Source: Octopus sinensis (lineage: Eukaryota). From it: 64,000 nt of DNA. Below are positions 1 to 11,660 of this stretch, in pieces. The stretch is taken from positions 2,728,001 to 2,792,000 of the forward strand of contig NC_042998.1 in NCBI RefSeq assembly GCF_006345805.1, in the 5' to 3' direction. Under the pieces are notes generated by a model. That model saw only the letters and a program-made list of their open reading frames with translations, did no database searches and was not told the DNA's origin. The position numbers and the translations under genes were made by a program. Numbering within the stretch: position 1 is the first letter of the stretch; every line of letters begins with the position of its first letter.

Positions 1-59
1 CAAACTGTATTGGTCTATTCTTGAGACTATTTAATAAGGTGACAGGGTTAATGGAATAT

Positions 60-420
60 GGAACAGAGAAGTTAATGAGAAAATAAAATATACATGGAAA
101 ACTGGTGAAAGTGACACTCTTCAGCTAGTGTTTATACCAGAACTTGGGAACACATGTTGTATTTCTGAAGAAACAACTTCAAGAGAAGTTCTTTGCACTA
201 GCTAACATGGAGAAAGCTTTTCTAGAGTAATCTGAAGAAAGCTGAAAAAAACTAAGTATAGACAATTGGCTTGTGCAAGCTTGTTCAAACCTTGTGCAAC
301 ATTGCTGTAAGTAAGGATAGGATTAGCAGAAACTATACGATAAAACTGAGTTCCATGTAAACAAACAGTTGCTATGAAATCTTTGCATCTAAACCAGCTT
401 TAGATATCTTTTTGCATTAA
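60..420 (+). mobile_element. Decayed RTE-clade LINE reverse transcriptase fragment
   Basis: KQLQEKFFALANMEKAFSRV...SIDNWLVQAC resembles the QLQEKYL...VDLKKAFNRV...DKWLVKAV segment at 38.5 kb. Confidence 0.5.
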
Positions 421-469
421 AATGTACAAAATTCCTAAATTTCATTATTTCATTAACGTTATTATTTAC

Positions 470-604
470 CTGCTAGGAATTAACATAGGGTGGAAATTCT
501 TCCCAAAATCCTTTTTATCACTGTTTTTACGAGGCTCTGCTGCTTCTTTATTGATTTCTGCAACCTCATCTATTTCTTCAAACTCCTGTTGCCGTCGAAA
601 TTTT
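470..604 (-). CDS. Host gene exon H (135 nt, phase 2 to 2): KFRRQQEFEEIDEVAEINKEAAEPRKNSDKKDFGKNFHPMLIPS
   Basis: atttttccag acceptor, CAG|gtaaat donor; only the phase-2 frame is open. Confidence 0.85.
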
Positions 605-3289
605 CTGGAAAAATTTTAAGAATATTTCTTTTATATTCTTACACACATGTGGTATAGATGTGTATGCGTAAATTATACACATACATGTGCATATACAGGC
701 TAACACACACATACATATAGTATCAAACAGTATTGTGAAATGTAGCAAACAAATAAAAGACATTTATGAAATGTGGGTACGAAGATATAAAAGTACAAAA
801 GCTGCAGCAAAACCAGTGACTACATTAATAATTGATAGGAAAGAAACTTTAAATCTATTCTAGAACAAAATTCAATCCTGCAAGAAATGAAATGTTACAG
901 GACTGTTCTTCAAAAACCCTAGAATGGAGAAAAGGAAAATCATAGAAAAAAAAATTAATTAATAGCATTTTTCTATTTTGTTGAATGTTTGGTTGGTAAA
1001 ATACCAACAAGACTACTTCTAGTGAGTATCCCAACATGCTAGAAATAGCAGTCGAATGTTTCTAAATCACAGTGTATTATCTTACAAAATAGCACGTATA
1101 TTTGCTGGTCTTCAATATTTAAAAAGGCAGGATGTTCACAATTGGAATGCTGTTGATCATAGGCCTAAACTACTAATACTGAACCTTGTACCGTTTGAGT
1201 ATCCAATTAACACAGAAATATGTCCACAAACTTCTATATCTCTTTGTAGACTTGAAAAATATAAAAATAGTTTTTAAACTGACACAATATAACAAGAAAC
1301 TATGTCGACATTATTCTAAAACTGAAGAGCCCTATATTTCCCAAAGCAAATGTTCCATAGGTAAATATAATGTAGCAATTAAAGATGAACTAATCAGGAC
1401 ACCACCACATAATCACTTGGTTGCTTGGAAATAACAGCATCTTAAATAAGGAAATAATGCCTCAGATAATATAATCCTCTTTAGTCGTAGAAGAGAATCT
1501 GGATTGCCTTTGATCACAGATCTGTTTCCTCTGAGAAGACTTTGGCCTAAAGAAAATCTACCAATTATGGATGTTGTAAAGTTTGTTGTGTTTTTCCCCC
1601 ACTAAAATATATATAATGTTAATTATAAAATTTTTAAAGTATATTAATTAATAAAATTATTCACAATGTTATTATTTCAGGCTAGCGTTTCCTCTTTATT
1701 TTGAGTATTCACTCTTGGAAAAAGATCTTTGCTGTAAAGAAATAAACCTAATGAATGCCAGTTTTAAACCTGCAGTACTTAAACCATACATTTTAATAAA
1801 TGTAATAACACTTATAATTCCATGAAACACACTTGATAATGCAACAGAAGTAAGTCTATTTGAAACCAAACTAGAAATCTCCCAGGTACCAGCTTCACAC
1901 TGAACTTTTAATATCATGACAGTCAGAAATCTGTATTTTTAAATAATTACAAAAAATAATTGCTTTCTTCCTCAATGCAAGAAAAAAGTATGTCTGTGAG
2001 AAAGTTCTTTGACAGGAATAAATTTAGATTCACAAATACAAAGGTTTGAATTTTGATAGACTTGATTCTATTACTGCAAAGAACTACCTGCATAGCATTT
2101 TCCAATTACCAAAATTACTACCAAAATGTGTGTGAGTGTGTTTAAGAGATAAAAGAAAGAAGGAGAGACAGAATGTGTTTCCCTCTGTGGGAAGTATTGG
2201 AGAATACATTATAGGTACATTTCTGTTTATCCTTACCATTCTTGAAACGGGTTACATTACCCAAAATATCAGGACTAATTAGATATTTTATATAGTATAA
2301 TTCTATAGTACTTGTAAATGTCACTATTTATACTTAATTAATGCTTAATCTGCATTCCTATAGCCTTCTATGACACACTGATTTTATATATATGGCTTTC
2401 ATTAAAACCAGAGATGAAAGGAATTTTTATTTCTTGTAACATGTTTCTGAACAACAAAAAATAAGGAATTTTAGCTGAATTAAGAAAAAATAAATAAACA
2501 AAACAGAAAAAAAGTAAATAAATTTCAAGACATCAATGAACTATTCAAAATGACATTTACAGATAATGATTTGTTTTCTGTTTTAAAGTAATTTACAAAC
2601 ATCAGTGAATAATTAAGAAGGCACAACAGATATAAATAATAAAGAGTAATCAAAATTCAGAGTTGTGGGACTTTATGCAGATCAGAATAGAGACAGAAAG
2701 TAAAACACTAACAACAGGTCAGATATACAAAAAAGTGGACAGGAGAATTTAGGGGGCGGGATTTTCTCAATCATTAAATGCTAGAAACTGTACACATTTT
2801 TTTTTTCTTTCTTTACAGAATAAAATGGAATGAAAAACTGGCAGGCAATGAATAACAACAGCAAACAGATTAAAGCATTGTGTAACAAAAAAAAGAATAG
2901 TTAGTAAAAGAAACAAACAAAAAAAAGGAGATGTTAATACTAATAATTCTTTTTCAGAACAAAGCAAAGTACATAGGGCTACAAATAGTAACATGTAAAT
3001 ATTGGACAGAAAAAGTTGAAGACTGCCCACGCCCAATATTCACATGCTATTATTTATAGCCTTATGTGCTTTCAGATCCACCGTTTCAAAAAAGAATTAT
3101 TTCATGTTTCCTTGAAAGTTTATAAAATCTTGTGGCATCATCAACATAAATGCTAATGTTTAAAGAATTTGAAATTAAATGATAAATGCAATGTTGACAA
3201 ATTGCCATTATTAGTGCTATCAGGATTTTTATTAGGAAAATGTATGAGTTTGATATAAGAAGAGTTCTTGCTTTATAGTCTGGAGAAAG

Positions 3290-5640
3290 GGGTTTTGTCT
3301 ATGGGATTTGCAGACCCTCGGATATTAGTGTTGAACATTCCAGTAAAGTTGTTCACGATGACAGTTGCAGGAAAAACAAGAGCAGGCAAGGAATTCCTGG
3401 GAAAGAAGAACTGGGTATAGTTGTTAGGGGACTGAGGAGGGGCTGACAGAAATATGGGTAACAAGAAGAAGAGAGCCTCAGTGGAAACGGACTAGAAGTC
3501 ATAGTAATAGCAATAGAACAGGCAGAGAAAGACGAGACATCCAAGTAGCAGAGGTTGAAGTGTGTTTCTAAATGATTTTAAGTTAATCAGTTGAGTGGCC
3601 ATTCTTGGGATGAATTTTGCAGAATGTTAGTACTGTATATTCTGGTATACAAGTCAAATTTCCCATCCAAAATTTTACAACCAAAAGTGGTAGGTGGAAT
3701 TCTACATCAAGAGAACTTTGGAGGACCAAACATTCCATGTGAAATACAACAGAATATGGAAAGATAGTGACACTGTTTGGACGTTTATACTACATGTTTA
3801 CACTATATACAATGTCAACTTGTATACCTGAAAGCTCAGTAGTTGTTAGGAATTGGAGTAGTTTCTGACTTTGAAGGAGAAGACCAGTCATTGAGATGTA
3901 ATCTTTGCTTTGTTGAAGACAAGCTTTCATCAGGAGAAATCCTGAGTAGTGGTGAGACTTAGAAATTTGATGTGATTAAGAGGGTTGTGTGTGTCCATGT
4001 CTTAAGGGAGATGGTGAAGGAGTGGTACTACACTCTCGGAGTGGTTGGCGTTAGGAAGGGCATCAAGCTGTAGAAACTCTGCCAGATCAAGATTGGAGCC
4101 TGGTGCAGCCATCGGGTTCGCCAGACCTCTGTCAAATCATCCAACCCATGCTAGCATGGAAAGCGGACATTAAACGATGATGATGATGATGATGATGTTT
4201 TCTTTATGAATGTACTTTTGCACTTTTGAAGAAAACAAGATTGGCATGAGCTGATGCAAGATATTTGCTCCCTGAGAGTGTGTGTGTATATAAGTGTGTG
4301 TGTGTGTGTGTGTGTTCATAGAGCTATTGTAAATTTGGTGTGTTGCTTAATGTTGTATGTAGATGTTACTTAAGAAGATTACAGAGAAACGACGGAGGTG
4401 GTGATGTTAGTGGTGGCATTAAATAGGTCACTGATGCAGCGAAGAATGAGGGTGTTGAGGATGGAACTGAATCTGGTGACACACCAGTTTGCAGGGTGTG
4501 GGTCAAACGGAGCTCCACCGGCACACTGTAAGAGTGTCATCATCTGACATGAGGCCATCATCAATCTAAGAGATGCAAGGTGATTGAAACTGATCAGCAG
4601 GTGTTTTGAAAGGATGTCTGCATGCCAGCCATGGCCAAAAGTATTGTTGATATCAAGAAGACCACTATTTTCACTAGATTACTAAAGTACAGAAGCTGTT
4701 TGGTGAGTAACAGAGCAGAGCAGGTCACTAGTAGATCTGGTTTAGCAAAACCATCCTGGTGATAATAAAGGAGAGAGAGAGAGATTCAAGGTGATGGAGA
4801 AGGATGTGATTGGCTAAGAGAAGGACAGTAGTCTTCAGGATCATAAGAGTTTTGCTTCTTGGAGATGAGATACATTGTAGTACATCTCCAAAGATATTCT
4901 CTAGTGAGAGAGAAAGAAGATGTTGGTAAGAATAGGGGCTAGTGTTGGCCTAGGTAAGTAGAGATGAAAGGCACAGAGACAGTTATGGTATAATAGAGGT
5001 CAAATGTGGAGGTTGAAAAGAAAGTGATCAATGACATTAGCAGACATTAGCAGTGTCTGTGTGTTAGTCAGGAATGAAACTAGTAAATGTTTCATTGCAG
5101 AACATAATTGTAAATACACTCTGCTCAAAAGAAAAAATTTTAAAAACATGGTAGCTGGCCACAACAGCTTTGATCTTAAGTTTACTGGATTACAGATTAT
5201 GTGTTACTTGAACAAATGAAAGAAATGCTTCATTACTTATAGTCAACACAATAAAATATAATAATGAGGTAAAGTGAAAAAATAATTTCCAGGAATAATT
5301 TAAAATAGATTTGTTAAATAAAATCATTTAAGTGCATTGCGTGTAAATGGATCTCTGGATTGTCAACCAAGAGAGTTCAGTTGTTTGATCAAATGGATTA
5401 GCAGCTTATTAATTAGCATGGAAGTGGTTGTACCCTTAACTGAATTCTCCTGCAGAATCAGTATAACACAGGGTATGATGAGGTTGTACTTTGGAATTAT
5501 TGATAGAATCCATTTGATAAGTTTCTGTATAGTTTCCATGAACCTAATTTCCTTTAAAAAGCTTAGACTGATCTGAGACTGTGGTGAGAAGAAAAAAACA
5601 CTCCCCGAGACACCACACAGTGGGATTGACTTCCAAGGCC
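3290..5640 (-). mobile_element. Highly decayed L2/CR1-type LINE ORF2, interrupted by a MITE, a SINE and microsatellites
   Basis: degenerate GVPQGSVL motif (~4470-4500), LQPL...LCLFYCYYY and FFFPRNSLPALVFP C-terminal motifs (3350-3560). Confidence 0.55.
3633..3839. mobile_element. Tc1/mariner-superfamily (Tc2/pogo-like) MITE
   Basis: imperfect ~25-bp TIRs (ctgtatattctggtatacaagt / acttgtatacctgaaagctcag), TA duplication at 3631-32 and 3840-41; related copies at 5690 and 16963. Confidence 0.65.
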
Positions 5641-5689
5641 TCATAATTGTGAGATAAACTTCTTAACCATGCTGCGTTCATGCAATGCA

Positions 5690-5880
5690 CCATATTTTCT
5701 GGCACATGTGACAAACTTTTGGCAGCCAAAAGAGGCATTATTGACTTATGCTCCATGATGACTTTGAAGGCCCAAACACTCCATGTGGAATGCAGCCCAA
5801 TTTGGAAAGATAGTGATGCTGTTTGAATGCTTACAAGTTTACACTATAAACTATGTTGACTTATATGCCGGAAAACATGC
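5690..5880. mobile_element. Tc2/pogo-like MITE, second copy
   Basis: shares ctttg(a/g)agg..ccatgtg..tggaaagatag core and TIR remnants with 3633-3839. Confidence 0.55.
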
Positions 5881-6310
5881 TAAGTACTTTAAAAGTTTTG
5901 TAGTTATTTAGCTATCTCCTATAAACAAAAGGGTTAACAACAAACAAGATGAGGACAAATATCTGTCAAATGTAAATAATGTAAATAATTCATATGTATA
6001 TTTATTATTTCACCCACTGCAGCCCCCAAAGGATTTCAGAAATTATTTCAGTATTTTACATTTAAGGGAACCTTCAATACTGTATTCTAGTCCTCTTGCC
6101 AAAGGATCTAAGGGATTCCCTTATTTATAACTTTCAACAACGAAGTTAAAAACATTAATACTTTTAAATTGAAAGCCAGCCACAAGTGTGAGGAATATTT
6201 GTGCCGTTAATGTCATTGCTATAATAATTTATCTTCTTGTGGATTTTGATATTGCTCTCCAAGCTGTTACCATCTACATACAAAGAATCAGGTCTGTATT
6301 TTAAGAAAGC

Positions 6311-6345
<35 letters not shown>

Positions 6346-6368
6346 TGATGATGATGATGATGATGATG
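6311..6368. repeat. (AAT)n(GAT)n microsatellite
   Basis: direct reading. Confidence 0.97.
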
Positions 6369-6843
6369 TCTGTGTATTGATTGGTATGAATATCCCTTGT
6401 GATCATAATATTGCAGTAAAAGAATTTGACAAGTTGAGGAAAATATAAAGATTTGCTCATTGAAATTAAATTTTTAAAAAAAATGTGACATCTCAAGTCT
6501 GTTACAATACCAGTGATTGTAGGAGCACTAAGAATAATCAAAACAGGAACTAAAAGTTATTTGAGAATGATTCCTGACTTACCATTCCTGTAAGAGATGC
6601 AAAAAAATTGTTTTAACTGGTACATCACACATACTGAAAAGAGCATTGTTGCTGTGAGAAAAATAACCTTCCTTTTTTTTTCTTTACACTTTGTTTGAGT
6701 TTGTAAATGAAGAATTTCATGTGTTTATTTTAATATCCTATCAAAGTATATCATGATTTTCTTTCTCTTGGGTATCGGGAAGACACACAGCAAGAAATGG
6801 AAACATAATTGGAGGAAGAAGAAAAATCTCTTAATAATAATAA
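6368..6843 (+). mobile_element. R4/Dong-type (restriction-like endonuclease) non-LTR retrotransposon, 5'-truncated 3' end
   Basis: CVLIGMNIPCDHNIAVKEFDKLRK/YKDLLIEI...TIPVIVGALRII...EMQK/IVLTGTSHILKRAL with frameshifts; (AAT)n on both flanks. Confidence 0.8.
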
Positions 6844-7775
6844 TGTAATATTTTCACTCAAAAACAGATTTACAATACAGCATCAAAATTTTCTCTAGAA
6901 AAATGATCGAGATTAATATTTCACTTTCAGTAAGATATTAGTACTCTAAAACTACATAATTTCACTGCAAAGGTAAGCGCAGAAGAAAATGGACAAAGGA
7001 AAAAAACTAGGTTAATAAAAAATAATTCTAGTAAGCAGAAAATATATGAGTTCTATATTAATGCTTTTACTACGTATAAAGGTAAAATATATGACAAAGT
7101 TCCATATGGAATTTTAAGGCTGAAAGCATTAGTAACTATTAGAAATCAGATTTTAACAGCACATCACATGTTTTTGGTTTCAAATTTATGTAATTTTAAC
7201 ACTTGATAAGAACAAAATCTAAATTAAGGAAACATAGGAAGTAAGAAAGAGATACAGAAAAAATACAGTCGACCACTAACAAATTTCCATCATGAAAACA
7301 ACAAATTTCCATCATGAAAACCAGTCTTTTTGGATGCACATATTTGTACATATTTATGTATATGTGTGTGTGTGTGTGTGCATGTATATATGTCTGTTTA
7401 TATGATGAGTTATGATAAAAACAATTTAACATTAAACTGAAAAATTACTCAATACCCTTTGTAGAGTAAGTATTTAGAAGACTTTGATAAGAAGAGGGAT
7501 GACAAGAAGAGTGATTTCAAAGTTTCAGCCTGCAAATCGTTGTCCGTCTATCTAGCAAGTCAAACTTCAAAGTCACCATCAACCTTCTTCGTGTGAAAAT
7601 ATAATTGCATGTGTGTATATGTATACACACACACACACACATATATATATATATTTCGCTTAGGCATTGCTAAACCCCATGATAGCACTCAATACACACA
7701 TGCTTCAGAATGAAGCATCAGTTGCATACAGAGCAGTAATAAGGAATTGTGATGACAAAGGAGTAAAAAAGTATG

Positions 7776-7914
7776 TTATGAACTTCATTAGCTTCTAGCT
7801 AATGTCCAAACATGTTTGGAGCTCCAATGTATTCATAGAGTGACACTCAAGCACTCAACTAGGAGTGCATTGCTTCTTATAGCAGAAACAGCTGTAAGCT
7901 AATGAAGTTCATAA
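7776..7914 (+). repeat. 18-bp perfect inverted repeat enclosing a hammerhead right half
   Basis: ttatgaacttcattagct / agctaatgaagttcataa; GAAACAGCTGTAAG identical to 54666-54679; CUGANGA absent. Confidence 0.55.
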
Positions 7915-8263
7915 TATAATTGTTTATTCCTTAGTCATCCCAATTTTAAATATATATATATATATACACACATATATAGTGTAGTTTTGAAGTTTTCGCA
8001 GAAGACTGTAATGATATTCAAAACTATTGTGGAAAGTCAAGACAAAGAAACACAAATAGGTAAACATGTTCACATACATGTGTACGTACGTGTGTAAACA
8101 CACACACACACACAAACACAATATGAGCTTCTTTTAGTTTCCATCTGCAAGGCTTTAGTAGGTGCCACGCAGTGGATCTGAACCCAAAATCATGATTACA
8201 CCTATTCTTAGTGAAACAGCCATGTCTGCATGCACACATGTGTATACATACCTTTTTTTATAG

Positions 8264-8630
8264 GAAGGGCATTGCTGTTACACTTCCAGAAAGGAAGGGT
8301 CTTCCTTTGATTCTGACATGCAGTGTCTGTGCAAGACCCTGCCTCAGTAAAGCTGGACTCAAGAGTCATCTTCGTAGTCATAAAGCAAGACAGATGAGTG
8401 ACAACCTGGCCACTGGTGGTGGTGTAACACACCATACTAATCATATCTGTCGGGCATGTGTAATAGAGTGTAATTCGGCAAGAGGACTTAAACGACATGC
8501 AAAGGTACATGAAGCCCAGTTACAACTACAGCCGGCTATTACCGGTAAAGGTTTTAGTTGCCAATTCTGTACAAGACATTGTAGATCTTTGGCTGGGCTA
8601 AAAAGTCACATTCGGTCACAGCACCAGTAA
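8264..8630 (+). CDS. Open frame with three C2H2-type zinc fingers, probably the 3' end of an RTE-like LINE ORF2; possible antisense terminal exon
   Basis: CSVCARPCLSKAGLKSHLRSH, CRACVIECNSARGLKRHAKVH, CQFCTRHCRSLAGLKSHIRSQH; ccttttttta-tag acceptor at 8263; short GC-richer tail after TAA. Confidence 0.5.
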
Positions 8631-8874
8631 CAGTTAAGCTTCGTGCAATGGCCATACTCGATAACGAGGGGGCAGCCATAATAATATATACATACAGACA
8701 TAGGGGTTTGGTAATGCACACAGGGAAATAGAACTCAAAACATGAGTTTACATACTTTCTTAATAAATGGCAGAAATTGCAAAGTGATTAAAGGTCCAGG
8801 AGTTTCATGTATTGACCAGGGCCAATGCACGAGACTCTTGACCATCAAGTTACTCTGCAATTTCTGCCAATTAA

Positions 8875-9236
8875 CAATAATAATAATAATCCTTTCTACT
8901 ATAGGCACAAGGACTGACATTTTGAAGAGGAATGTCGATTACATTGACCCTAGTACTTGACTGGTACTCAATTTATCGACCACAAAAGGATGAAAGGTAA
9001 AGTCAACCTTGGCATAATAATAATAATAATAATCCTTCCTATTATAGGCACAAGGTCTGAAATTTGGAGGGAGAGGGCTAGCCAATTACACTGACCCCAG
9101 TGTTTCACTGGTACTAAATTTATTGACTCTGAAGGATGAAAGGCAAAGTCAACCGTGGCGGAATTTAAACTCAGAACATAAAGAATCCCACTAAGCATTT
9201 TGCCCGACATACTAAGGATTGTGCCAGCTCTCCATC

Positions 9237-9240
<4 letters not shown>
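8875..9240 (-). mobile_element. Two tandem SINE family A copies separated by (AAT)n
   Basis: aaggatgaaagg(t/c)aaagtcaacc block twice. Confidence 0.85.
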
Positions 9241-9269
<29 letters not shown>

Positions 9270-9950
9270 TATTCATTTAACTCCTAGTCACTATAATAAG
9301 AGAAGAAATCCGTTATAGTTGTAACACTAATAATGTAAAGTAGCATTTTGGTAGAAATTGTTTATTTATTTTATTTCTTTCTTTCCTTTTTTTTAATCTG
9401 GTTTTCGTTTTCATGTTGTCAAAACTGTATAAAACAAGGAATACAAACATGCTAACATTAAAAAAAAAACTTTGGAAAAAGATCAATTCACAATACCATT
9501 GTAACTGAGTGCCAAAGAAATATTAAATAAACACAACTCAGTACAGACTTAGTATACAACTTGCAGAAAAAAAGTGCAGTTAATCTGCAAACGATGCAAA
9601 AAAATTCATTTATTCCAGTATCCTTGGTTATTGCATTGCAAAATGTAAACATTGAGTTCAAGTTGGGTCTCTTTGTGGATTATCTGTCCTTGAATTGTAG
9701 GCAGTGAGCGGACTCATGCTGTGACAACTTCAATACTTATTACGAAATAGATGGGATCAAATGCTAAGGATTGTGCACAATGATGTCATATACAATATCC
9801 GAGTGTTACCCCACCTCACCACCACCACTAAGTATAGGTAATTAGCACAATAATAATATTTAATTAGTAACAGTAAATCATGTAAATATACTGATTTGCT
9901 TTGTGTCAGTTTCTCAATAGATGTATATAAAATCAAATGGCTTTTTGTTC

Positions 9951-10265
9951 ACTTTGAACCGAGTGGTTGTCGGCATCTTCAACATCTCGTTTGGCAACTT
10001 ATTCCACGGATCTGCAAACTGGATGGAGAAAGCCCTTTTCCTCATCTCAATCGAAGGAGAGGGGCTTTCTCCGTCCGGGTTGCGGATCCGTGGAATAAGC
10101 TGCCAAACGAGATGGTGAAGATGCCGACGACCGCTCGGTTCAAAGTCTCCCTTGACCTCAAGTGGCCTGAACTCTTTACATGAACACCACCCTGTACATA
10201 ACTCCATGTCCCCCTACATGGCCTTGCTTTTTGCTTTTTTAGCCAAAAAATTAACTAACTAACTA
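9951..10265 (+). mobile_element. CR1/L2-group LINE 3' end with a 91-bp inverted duplication of itself at the 5' side
   Basis: RRRGAFSVRVADPWNKLPNEMVKMPTTARFKVSLD* then short UTR and (TAAC)n tail; arms 9951-10041 and 10056-10146. Confidence 0.75.
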
Positions 10266-10274
10266 TCAGCTAAT

Positions 10275-10347
<73 letters not shown>

Positions 10348-10372
10348 CAGCAGCAGTAGCAATAGTAGTAGT
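10275..10372. repeat. (GTA)n/(GCA)n microsatellite
   Basis: direct reading. Confidence 0.97.
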
Positions 10373-10394
10373 TATAATAATTGTGTAAACTTTT

Positions 10395-10592
10395 TGGCAC
10401 AAGGCCAGCAATTTTACTGGAATGGGGGCTAGTCAATTACACCAACCCCAGTGCTTAACTTACTGACCCCAAAAGGAGGAAAGGCAAAGTTGACCTTAGA
10501 AGAATTTTGAACTCAAATATTTAAAAACACAGACAAACGCCACTAAGCATTTTGTCCAGGGTGCTAATTCTGCCATTTTACTGCCTCATTTT
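10395..10592 (-). mobile_element. SINE family A
   Basis: family A motifs; further copies at 21235-21440, 32290-32500, 32690-32815, 34750-34962, 36775-36990, 59670-59735. Confidence 0.8.
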
Positions 10593-11627
10593 AATAATAA
10601 TAATGATAATAATAATATGTATGTATATATATATTAAAAGATTGTGTTCAATAACAGTATCACTGCCTTCTATTGTGTTGCATCTATTTGAAAGGTAAAA
10701 TGCTCTCACGGAGGTTGTTAGGTTTTTAGAAAATGTCTAAGATAGCTGAAACTGTAGGCAAATGTACAATTGACAATCAAATTTATATTAAAGTATTAGA
10801 AAATGAAACCATGCAATGTGAAATGTTGGAGAGAAAAGGCAGCAGAAGCAGAGGAAAAAGAAAAAACAAGCATGCAGTGTTTTGAATGTTTAATGAATGG
10901 ATAGATAAACATTGTATATATATATGTATATATGTGGTACAGCATTGTACATATATATACATAAATAAAAAAAAAAATTGAAGCAAAACTCACTCATTAT
11001 CCTCAAGCTTTTGGGTAAAATATCTGAAAGGTTACAAGAGAAATTTGTCATCAACCCACCAAATTATACCAATATGACCCAGTGGAAAATCTATTGAAAC
11101 TGGTGCAGGTGTGCATTAGAAAAGTATCCCAACAATATTTTAAGTGTGCCACCAAGTGTGAAGGAAAGGATGCTGTAATGATACTAATGGATAAGATACT
11201 TTCCAGCCTCAGAGCTCAATAACTATGGATGTGTATCCTACCAGAAGCTTTTTTATACATCCTGATGTAATGAAGATTCAACTAAATGGAAATTATTCCG
11301 CATTGCAATGAAGATGGTTAGCTCATAGATAGATGGTTTAGGGTGATCCTAAATATATTGACTGTGTCATAACTGTAGAGGAAAGTTGTTTATTAACAAT
11401 GCCAAAGCACATTTGCTCAGCCTGTTATTGTAAACAGCTGGAAAAAATATTTTAATAACTATGTTACTAGAACAATCAGAGTATACAGAACTTCAGTGAA
11501 AACTATTCCAACACAAAATATAATCCAGCTAGCTCCAAGGTGTACACAGATATTTAATCATGTATACATTTCTTAGAACTATATGTAAATGAATGCACAT
11601 ATACCACCACCAGCAACACACAAGAGA

Positions 11628-11660
<33 letters not shown>

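Noticed and set aside
9896-10207. Overlapping plus and minus ORFs with similar peptides
   Set aside because: A consequence of the foldback duplication of a LINE 3' end, not two genes.
11040-11420. Possible very old mariner remnant (DPKYIDCVITVEES resembling DPxFLxRIITGDESW)
   Set aside because: Single weak motif with many stops; not supportable without alignment.
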